Positions 1 through 7,153 of a DNA stretch of 26,585 bases are shown here, one piece after another. Origin of the DNA: Chthoniobacter flavus. GTDB taxonomy: Bacteria > Verrucomicrobiota > Verrucomicrobiia > Chthoniobacterales > DYNR01. A program made the translations under genes and the position numbers. Location: NCBI GenBank assembly GCA_020720945.1, contig DYNR01000001.1:4268-30852 (forward strand), written 5' to 3'. The notes beneath the pieces were generated by a model. That model had not been told where the DNA came from. It saw only the letters and a program-made list of their open reading frames with translations, and ran no database searches. How positions within the stretch are numbered: position 1 is the first letter of the stretch; the number at the start of each line of letters is the position of its first letter.

Positions 1-2
1 CG

Positions 3-275
<273 letters not shown>

Positions 276-369
276 GCTCACTGGATGCTCGCAATGCAGG
301 AAAGAGCAAGGCCAGAAAATTCAGCAAACGCCGCAAACAGTCACAATTACCACCCTGACCCCTATTCCT

Positions 370-2790
370 ATGGACCAATCCCAGCTCAACTGGCTCACCA
401 ATTTCATCTGGAACATCGCCGACGACTGCCTGCGCGATGTCTTTGTCCGGGGCAAATACCGCGATGTGATCCTGCCGATGACCGTCCTTCGCCGCCTCGA
501 TGCCGTGCTGGAGCCGACCAAGGCCGCCGTGCTCGAAATGAAGTCCGCGCTCGACAAGGAAAAAATCACGAATCAAGACGATGCCCTCCGCGCCGCCTCC
601 GGTCAGGCTTTTTACAATACCTCCCCCTTCCTCCTGCGCGATCTGAAATCCCGCAAAACCCAGCAAACGCTCAAAGACGACTTCATCGCCTACCTCGACG
701 GCTTCTCGCCAAATGTGCAGGACATCATCAAAAACTTCGAATTCCGCAACCAGATCGGCAAGCTCGTGGAGTCCGACGGCCTCGGCCAACTCATCGAAAA
801 GTTCCTCAGCAAGGACATCAACCTCAGCCCGCATCCCGTGGGCGAGTTGCCCGGTCTGGACAACCACAGCATGGGCACCGTCTTCGAGGACCTCGTTCGC
901 ATGTTCAATGAGGACAACAACGAGGAAGCCGGGCAGCACTGGACACCACGCGATGCCGTGAAGCTCATGGCGAGCCTCATGTTCCTCCCCGTGGCAGACA
1001 AGATCGAATCCGGCACCTACCTGCTTTACGACTGCGCCTGCGGCACCGGCGGAATGTTGACCGTTGCCGACGAAACACTCCAGCAAATCGCCACTGCGCA
1101 CGGGAAGCAGGTGTCCACTTACCTTTACGGGCAGGAAATCAATGCCGAGACCTACGCCATCTGCAAAGCCGACCTCCTCCTGAAAGGCGATGGCGAAGCG
1201 GCGGACAACATCATCGGAGGCCCCGCCTTCTCCACGCTGTCAAACGATGCCTTCCGCTCCCGCAGCTTCGACTTCATGCTCGCCAATCCGCCCTACGGCA
1301 AAAGCTGGAAGAGCGACCTGGAACGACTCAGCGGCGACGGCGGCAAAAAGGGCGTCAAAGACCCGCGCTTCGTCATCGAACACGCTGGCGACCCCGAGTT
1401 TTCCCTCATCACCCGCAGCAGTGATGGGCAGATGCTTTTCCTCGCCAACATGCTCAGCAAGATGAAGCATGACACGCCACTCGGCAGCCGCATCGCGGAG
1501 ATTCACAACGGCTCCTCCCTCTTCACCGGCGACGCCGGGCAGGGCGAGAGCAACATCCGCCGCTGGGTCATCGAAAACGACTGGCTGGAAGCCATCGTCG
1601 CCCTGCCCCTGAATATGTTCTACAACACCGGCATCGCCACCTACATCTGGGTGCTCACAAACCGGAAAGCGGAACACCGCAAAGGCAAAGTCCAGCTCAT
1701 CGACGCCACCAACTGGTTCCGCCCCCTGCGCAAAAACATGGGCAAAAAAAACTGCGAACTCGCCCCCGAAGACATCCAGCGCATCTGCGATACCTTCCTC
1801 GCCTTCGAGGAAACGCCACAGTCGAAAATCTTCCCCAATGCCGCCTTCGGTTATTGGAAAGTAAAAGTCGAACGCCCGCTCCGCCTCCACAGCCAGCTCA
1901 CCCGCCCGCACATCGAAACCCTGCGCTTCACCTCGGGCGATGAAGACATCCGCGCCGCCCTCTATGCCGAGCTAGGCGAGGCCGTTTTTGAGAAATGGGC
2001 CGCCACGCTCCCCGCTTTGGAAAAACTCTTGTCCGATTGGTCGGATCCGTCCGAACCGACTGATCCCTCCGAAGACGAAGAGGTAGCACCCAAGAAAACC
2101 CTCTCCGACAAAAAGAAAAAGAAGCTCCTCAGCGAAGCCACTTGGCGGCGCGATGCCATGCTGCTCGATACCGCCCACCAACTCCGCAAAGCTCTCGGCG
2201 AAGACCTCTTCACCGACCACAATGTCTTTCTGGAAAAAGTCGAAGCCACGCTGAAAAAGCTCAACCTCAAACCCAGCGCCTCCGACCTCAAAACCATCAT
2301 CGCCGCCGTCAGTTGGCGCGTCGAGGACGCCCCGCCCGTCATCAAAAAAATCCACAAGCCGGGCAAAACCAAAGCCGACCCACTACACGGCCTCTACGAA
2401 ATGAATCCTTGCAATAAAAGCGCTTCACGGGTAGCGGGCATGGACACAGATCCCAATCCCATCTGCGAAAATCTGCGAAATCTGCGGATAAAAAATCCGG
2501 GGGCCGTAGTCGAGTTTGAACCCGACCCCGAACTCCGCGACTACGAGCAAATCCCCCTGCTGGAGGAGGGCGGCATCGAAGCCTTCCTCCGCCGCGAAGT
2601 CCTGCCCTACACGCCCGATGCCTGGATCGTCGAGTCCGACACCAAGATCGGCTACGAAGTCAGCTTCACCCGCCACTTCTACCAACCGCGCCAGCTCCGC
2701 ACCCTCGCCCAGATCAGCGCCGACATCCTCGCCTTGGAGCAGGAGACCGAAGGCCTGCTCCACGAAATCACGAAAGGAGCCAGCGCGTGA
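370..2790 (+). CDS. hsdM: Type I R-M N6-adenine methyltransferase subunit M (806 aa)
   Basis: Likely start is ATG 370 (MDQSQLNWLTNFIWNIADD), not 37. SAM motif YDCACGTGGML, catalytic ANPPYG, and YGQEIN, DGQMLFL and LPLNMFYNTGIATYIW segments. Confidence 0.95.
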   Translation: MDQSQLNWLTNFIWNIADDCLRDVFVRGKYRDVILPMTVLRRLDAVLEPTKAAVLEMKSALDKEKITNQDDALRAASGQAFYNTSPFLLRDLKSRKTQQTLKDDFIAYLDGFSPNVQDIIKNFEFRNQIGKLVESDGLGQLIEKFLSKDINLSPHPVGELPGLDNHSMGTVFEDLVRMFNEDNNEEAGQHWTPRDAVKLMASLMFLPVADKIESGTYLLYDCACGTGGMLTVADETLQQIATAHGKQVSTYLYGQEINAETYAICKADLLLKGDGEAADNIIGGPAFSTLSNDAFRSRSFDFMLANPPYGKSWKSDLERLSGDGGKKGVKDPRFVIEHAGDPEFSLITRSSDGQMLFLANMLSKMKHDTPLGSRIAEIHNGSSLFTGDAGQGESNIRRWVIENDWLEAIVALPLNMFYNTGIATYIWVLTNRKAEHRKGKVQLIDATNWFRPLRKNMGKKNCELAPEDIQRICDTFLAFEETPQSKIFPNAAFGYWKVKVERPLRLHSQLTRPHIETLRFTSGDEDIRAALYAELGEAVFEKWAATLPALEKLLSDWSDPSEPTDPSEDEEVAPKKTLSDKKKKKLLSEATWRRDAMLLDTAHQLRKALGEDLFTDHNVFLEKVEATLKKLNLKPSASDLKTIIAAVSWRVEDAPPVIKKIHKPGKTKADPLHGLYEMNPCNKSASRVAGMDTDPNPICENLRNLRIKNPGAVVEFEPDPELRDYEQIPLLEEGGIEAFLRREVLPYTPDAWIVESDTKIGYEVSFTRHFYQPRQLRTLAQISADILALEQETEGLLHEITKGASA
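2444..2489. repeat. ATCTGCG-triplet element (full right arm plus short left-arm remnant) in frame inside hsdM
   Basis: ACACAGAT (2444-2451), a 9-nt spacer, then ATCTGCGAAA-ATCTGCGAA-ATCTGCGGAT (2461-2489). Same 10+9+10 layout as the arm in hsdS. Confidence 0.8.
2761..2790 (+). repeat. Direct repeat copy 1 (hsdM 3' end, with Shine-Dalgarno and GTGA overlap)
   Basis: CACGAAATCACGAAAGGAGCCAGCGCGTGA, 25/30 identical to 3998-4027. Confidence 0.75.
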
Positions 2791-3908
2791 AAAAGAAGAA
2801 GCCCAAAATAGTGTCACCAGCGGTGACACAAATAGTCTCACCATTGGCGAGACAATTGCCAAAGGCAGCAATGGCTCCTGCCTTCACCGAAGTGCTCCAG
2901 CTGATTCAAGCCGCCAAACAAAGGGCGTATCAGGCCGTCAACACCGAGCTTGTTACGCTTTATTGGCAGGTCGGCGAATACATCAGTCGCAAGCTGGAAT
3001 CCTCCGAGTGGGGTGATAAAGTGGTGAACGATCTTGCCAGATACCTCGCGCGAACTCAGCCTGGGCTGATAGGTTTCACCCGCCGAAACCTGTTCCGAAT
3101 GCGCCAGTTTTATGATGCCTACCGCAACACTGAAATTGTGTCAGCAGTGCTGACACAATTGCCGTGGACCCATCACCTCATGATCATTGGAAGTTGCAAG
3201 CGCCCGGAGGAACGCGAGTTCTACATCCGCATGGCAACCAGTGAAGGGTGGCGCAGCAGAGAACTCCAGAGACAAATCCGATGCTGCCTGTTCGAGCGTG
3301 CCGTCATGAATCCGCCAAAAGTCGCAGCAGCACTGCGACAATTGCAGCCAGAGGTCACCAACATCTTCAAAGACATTTACACCCTCGAATTCCTCGGCCT
3401 CCCCGCCGACCACTCGGAGGCCGATCTGCACGGCGCACTGCTGCGCAATCTGGGCCGCTTCATCACCGAACTGGGGCGGGACTTCTGCTTTGTCGGCTCC
3501 CAATACCCGGTGCAGGTCGGCGGGCAAGACTTCGCTCTCGACCTGTTGTTTTTTCACCGCACCATGAACTGCCTCGTCGCCATCGAACTGAAGATTCGCG
3601 AGTTCCGCCCGGAGGATCTCGGCAAGCTCAACTTCTACCTCGAAGCCCTCGACCGCGACTACCGCAAGCCCCACGAAAACCCCTCCGTCGGCCTCCTCCT
3701 CTGCGCCACCAAAGATACCGAAGTCGTCGAGTATTGCCTCAGCCGCAGCCTCTCCCTGGCCATGATCGCCGAGTATGAAACCCTGCTGCCGGACAAGGAA
3801 CTACTGAAGGCCAAGCTGCACGAGTTCTACCAACTCTGCGCCCCACCGGAGGATGATATGGCAGAGCCAAAGCCATCAAAGCCCGCTCGAAGGAGGGAAA
3901 AGCCATGA
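2787..3908 (+). CDS. DUF1016/YhcG family PD-(D/E)XK nuclease-domain protein (373 aa)
   Basis: Motifs YQAVNTELVTLYWQVG, GFTRRNLFRMRQFY, LPWTHH, FKDIYTLEFLGL, DLLFFHR..VAIELK, LGKLNFYL and ENPSVGLLLC. GTG start overlaps the hsdM stop, with GAAAGGAG upstream. Confidence 0.92.
   Translation: MKKKKPKIVSPAVTQIVSPLARQLPKAAMAPAFTEVLQLIQAAKQRAYQAVNTELVTLYWQVGEYISRKLESSEWGDKVVNDLARYLARTQPGLIGFTRRNLFRMRQFYDAYRNTEIVSAVLTQLPWTHHLMIIGSCKRPEEREFYIRMATSEGWRSRELQRQIRCCLFERAVMNPPKVAAALRQLQPEVTNIFKDIYTLEFLGLPADHSEADLHGALLRNLGRFITELGRDFCFVGSQYPVQVGGQDFALDLLFFHRTMNCLVAIELKIREFRPEDLGKLNFYLEALDRDYRKPHENPSVGLLLCATKDTEVVEYCLSRSLSLAMIAEYETLLPDKELLKAKLHEFYQLCAPPEDDMAEPKPSKPARRREKP
2807..2857. repeat. Two tandem hairpins (24-nt period) in the 5' end of the DUF1016 gene
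   Basis: GTGTCACC-AGC-GGTGACAC and GTCTCACC-ATT-GGCGAGAC, encoding IVSPAVTQ and IVSPLARQL. Confidence 0.85.
3134..3160. repeat. Perfect 13-bp inverted repeat inside the DUF1016 gene
   Basis: AATTGTGTCAGCA-G-TGCTGACACAATT, encoding IVSAVLTQL just before PWTHH. Confidence 0.95.
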
Positions 3909-4027
3909 TCCACCGAATTGTTGACTCAGTGCGTCTAAATTCGATTTGGAACGCAGTGCGTGCCAAATTGAATCGGCGATGGCCCTCAGAAGCCTCGCAC
4001 GACATCATGAAAGGAGCCACGGCATGA
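3905..4027 (+). CDS. 40-aa bridging ORF, not in the supplied track (MIHRIVDSVRLNSIWNAVRAKLNRRWPSEASHDIMKGATA)
   Basis: AGGAGG at 3891-3896. ATGA overlaps with both the DUF1016 stop and the hsdS start. It contains two hairpin units, and its C-terminus resembles the HsdM C-terminus. Confidence 0.5.
   Translation: MIHRIVDSVRLNSIWNAVRAKLNRRWPSEASHDIMKGATA
3916..3969. repeat. Two tandem 27-nt hairpin units downstream of the DUF1016 gene
   Basis: 3943-3969 is GATTTGGAACGCA-G-TGCGTGCCAAATT (11/13 paired plus one G.T). 3916-3942 is a degenerate copy (about 8/13). Confidence 0.7.
3998..4027 (+). repeat. Direct repeat copy 2 (directly before and overlapping the hsdS start)
   Basis: CACGACATCATGAAAGGAGCCACGGCATGA, 25/30 identical to 2761-2790. 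Confidence 0.75.
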
Positions 4028-5502
4028 TCGAGGGACTTAAACCCTATGCGGAATACAAGGAGTCGGGCTCGAAGTGGCTAGGTGCTGTTCCAGCGAAATG
4101 GGAAGTGCGGAATCTCCGCACGCTGATCTCAAAGCGAGCCGAGCGAGACCGTCCCGACCTTCCGCTGCTTTCGGTGGCACGGGAGAAAGGCGTCTTCGTT
4201 CGCTCAATGACCGATGCGGACGAGAACCACAATGTTATCCCCGAGGACTTGACCAACTACAAGGTCGCCCGCGCTGGCAATCTCGTGATCAACAAGATGA
4301 AGGCGTGGCAGGGATCAATGGGCATTGCGCCTTGCGATGGTATTGTCAGCCCAGCGTATTTCGTCTTCGACTTCCGCATCGGCAATCACGGGTTCGGCCA
4401 GCGTCTCCTTCGCAGCAAACCGTATGTAGCACATTTTGCGCAGGCATCGGACGGTGTGCGAGTCGGTCAGTGGGATTTGTCCATTCCCGGAATGCGGCAG
4501 ATTCCCGTGCTCGTGCCCAGCGACGACGAACAAGCGGCGATCGTGCGGTTTCTGGATCATGCGAACCGGAAGATTGACGGATTCATCCGTGCCAAGCGGA
4601 AGCTGATTGGTTTGCTGAACGAGCAGAAGCAGGCCATCATCCACCGTGCCGTCACCCGTGGAGTGGATCATCCACAGATTTCGCAGATTTCCGCAGATGA
4701 AAACCAAAAAAATCTGCGCCCATCTGCGCAATCTGCGGATAACAACCTCAAACCTTCCGGCATCCCTTGGCTCGGCGACATCCCGAAGCATTGGGAGACT
4801 ATTACAGTGGGAGCGGCAACCTCCATGATTCAGACGGGGCCATTCGGAAGTCAGATTCACTCGAATGAGTATATCCGTGGAGGCACGCCGATCATCAATC
4901 CGTCGCATATGAAGGATGGCTCTATCGTAGCCGACATGGATGTCGCTGTTGGCGAAAGCAAGCTGCGAGAGCTTGCTCGGCATCGGATGTTGGTTGGCGA
5001 TATTGTCGTGGCGAGACGGGGAGAACTTGGTCGATGCGCTTTAGTTACCCAAAATGAAGAGGGATGGCTATGCGGCACAGGCAGTTTGCTTGTTCGGATT
5101 AAGCGCGATGTCTTTAATCCCGGTTATTTCCAGGAGGTGTTCTCTTCGTCAGGCGTGTGTGATTTACTTAGTTTGGCATCAGTTGGCTCGACGATGGACA
5201 ATCTCAATGCGGGCATGGTCGGTCGGTTAAGGTTTCCACTTCCGAGTGTTGAGGAGCAGACAGAGATACTAAAGTTTATTGGTGTTGAGAGGTCGAAAAA
5301 CACCGCCGCCATCGCCCGCACGGAGCGAGAAATCGCGCTGATGCAGGAATACCGGACGCGCCTGACGGCGGATGTAGTGACGGGCAAGCTGGATGTGCGC
5401 GAAGCCGCCGCCCAGCTCCCCGCCCTCGCCCCCGATTCCACCCCCGAACCCGCCAGCGAGGATTTGCCGGAAGAAACTGAACCCGAGGAGGATATGGAAT
5501 GA
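4024..5502 (+). CDS. hsdS: Type I R-M specificity subunit S (492 aa, two target recognition domains, TRDs)
   Basis: Start ATG 4024 after GAAAGGAG. Repeated conserved segments KESGSKWLGAVPAKWE and KPSGIPWLGDIPKHWE, plus P..DEQAAIVRFLD and LPSVEEQ..I. Ends with ADVVTGKLDVR. Confidence 0.93.
   Translation: MIEGLKPYAEYKESGSKWLGAVPAKWEVRNLRTLISKRAERDRPDLPLLSVAREKGVFVRSMTDADENHNVIPEDLTNYKVARAGNLVINKMKAWQGSMGIAPCDGIVSPAYFVFDFRIGNHGFGQRLLRSKPYVAHFAQASDGVRVGQWDLSIPGMRQIPVLVPSDDEQAAIVRFLDHANRKIDGFIRAKRKLIGLLNEQKQAIIHRAVTRGVDHPQISQISADENQKNLRPSAQSADNNLKPSGIPWLGDIPKHWETITVGAATSMIQTGPFGSQIHSNEYIRGGTPIINPSHMKDGSIVADMDVAVGESKLRELARHRMLVGDIVVARRGELGRCALVTQNEEGWLCGTGSLLVRIKRDVFNPGYFQEVFSSSGVCDLLSLASVGSTMDNLNAGMVGRLRFPLPSVEEQTEILKFIGVERSKNTAAIARTEREIALMQEYRTRLTADVVTGKLDVREAAAQLPALAPDSTPEPASEDLPEETEPEEDME
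4670..4740. repeat. 71-nt imperfect palindrome in frame inside hsdS
   Basis: 29-nt arms at 4670-4698 and 4712-4740 (24/29 complementary) with a 13-nt A-rich loop. Each arm is three ATCTGCG-like units. Confidence 0.9.
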
Positions 5503-6281
5503 TGCTCGAACTCCTCATAGCCACCCGGTTTGAAAAGGTGATGGGCTCTGGTCGCACCCAGCCTTGCCTGCTGGTGTGTGAAAACGAGGCAGGCGAAGAG
5601 GTCGAGGTGGTGGCCAAACTGCGCGGCCATCCGCAGATCATGCCGGGCGGCTTGCTGGCTGAGGCCGTGTCGTCTTTGCTCGCGCTTGATCTCGATCTGC
5701 CCGTGCAGACACCGTATCGAGTTGAGATTGAGAAGGCGTTTGCCGATGCGTTGCCGGACGCCGCCTTGCGGACAGTCATCCAGAAAAGCGAGGGGCTGAA
5801 CTTTGGCTCTGCAAAGTGGGCACCCGGCTACACGATCTGGCCGAGGGACAAAACGCCGTCGCGGGATATGAAGCAGAGCCTAACGGAGATTTTCGCCTTT
5901 GACGGGTTGATTCAAAATCCCGACCGTCGTCAAGCCAATCCGAACTGTGCTTTTCTTGGCACCGACCTCCGGATTTTCGACCACGAGTCCGCTTTTTCGC
6001 ACTTTATGTCCATCCTGCCGGTTGCTCCTTGGGATACAGGCGGGCTGGCTTTTCTAAAGGACCACATTTTTTTTCAATCACTTCGCGGCGGGAATCTTGC
6101 GCTGGATCGATTTCAGGGAGCACTGGAAGCCGTGGACGAATCCCGGCTGGACGCGTATATTGAAGCTGTTCCGAAGGAATGGAATGGTCAAACAACCACG
6201 GGGCCAAAGATCAAAACGCATCTGATGGAGTGCATCGCCAATTTTCAACACATTCGATTACAAATGGAGACACTGTTATGA
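5499..6281 (+). CDS. HipA-like / PI3K-PI4K-fold protein kinase (260 aa)
   Basis: Gly-rich MGSGRTQP, VVAK lysine, LLAE glutamate, catalytic loop NPDRRQANPN and IFDHESAF. ATGA overlaps at both ends. Confidence 0.8.
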   Translation: MMLELLIATRFEKVMGSGRTQPCLLVCENEAGEEVEVVAKLRGHPQIMPGGLLAEAVSSLLALDLDLPVQTPYRVEIEKAFADALPDAALRTVIQKSEGLNFGSAKWAPGYTIWPRDKTPSRDMKQSLTEIFAFDGLIQNPDRRQANPNCAFLGTDLRIFDHESAFSHFMSILPVAPWDTGGLAFLKDHIFFQSLRGGNLALDRFQGALEAVDESRLDAYIEAVPKEWNGQTTTGPKIKTHLMECIANFQHIRLQMETLL

Positions 6282-7135
6282 AAAAACATCCCTACACCTA
6301 CACCATCCTCCGCTATGTGCATGACACGAGCACGGGGGAATTTGCCAATGTGGGCATCGTTCTCTCTTCCCCGGAGGCTCACTACGCGACCGCCATTCTG
6401 TGCCCGAAATACACACGCCTCTCGAAGATGTTTCCGGGCTTCGATGGAGAGCATTTCCGCACGGTAATTCGTCACCTCCAATTGCGCCTCGATGAGATTG
6501 CCTGTTGCGTGCAACAGGAGCTGGAGCTGGGACAGAAGCCCGTGAATGCCCAAGAGATGGCATTCGCGGTGATTGCTCCCGACGATAGTTCTTTCCAGTG
6601 GTCGCCGATGGGAAGCGGAATAGCTACCGATCTAGCCGCCACGGCGGAGTCCATCTACGAGCGCATGGTCGAACGGTATGACGATCCAAAGAAGAATTTC
6701 AGTCGCTCCGACGAGGCCGTGTGGAAGACCTTCAAGAAGGGCTTTGAGGAGAAGCAGATTCTCTCGCGTTTCGGGACGAAGATTATTGCGGTGAAAGACG
6801 ACGAGGTTGAGTTCAGCCACGCATGGCAGAACCAGCAATGGCACTGCATGGAAACCTTGTCCTTCGATCTGATGCAGCCGCAGAGCATCAAAGATAAGGC
6901 TCACTCGTGGCTTGGCCGGATGACCAGCGTGAAGGATTCGCCGGACAAGTTCCGGGTCTATTTCCTCGTGGGAGAGCCGCAACTTGAAGGGAGCAAACGC
7001 GCCTTCGAGCAAGCCCTCAATGTGCTTCACAAAACACCCGTCGAACATGAGATCGTTCGCGAGAATGAAGCAGAGCACTTCGCGGAAGAGGTGGCAAAAA
7101 AAATTGCGGCGCATGACAAACAACTCGGAAAATAA
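6278..7135 (+). CDS. DUF3037-like protein (285 aa)
   Basis: N-terminal YTYTILRYVHDTSTGEFANVGIVL signature. Start ATG 6278 overlaps the kinase stop. Confidence 0.75.
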   Translation: MKKHPYTYTILRYVHDTSTGEFANVGIVLSSPEAHYATAILCPKYTRLSKMFPGFDGEHFRTVIRHLQLRLDEIACCVQQELELGQKPVNAQEMAFAVIAPDDSSFQWSPMGSGIATDLAATAESIYERMVERYDDPKKNFSRSDEAVWKTFKKGFEEKQILSRFGTKIIAVKDDEVEFSHAWQNQQWHCMETLSFDLMQPQSIKDKAHSWLGRMTSVKDSPDKFRVYFLVGEPQLEGSKRAFEQALNVLHKTPVEHEIVRENEAEHFAEEVAKKIAAHDKQLGK

Positions 7136-7153
7136 ACTAAACTAATAAAAAAT

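Noticed and set aside
2807-3969. Hairpin units as a CRISPR array
   Set aside because: No unique spacers between tandem units, the repeats are not identical, and there are no cas genes.
3946-4023. Longer hsdS start given in the ORF track
   Set aside because: ATG 4024 has a Shine-Dalgarno and a typical HsdS N-terminus. The extension overlaps the hairpin units in another frame.
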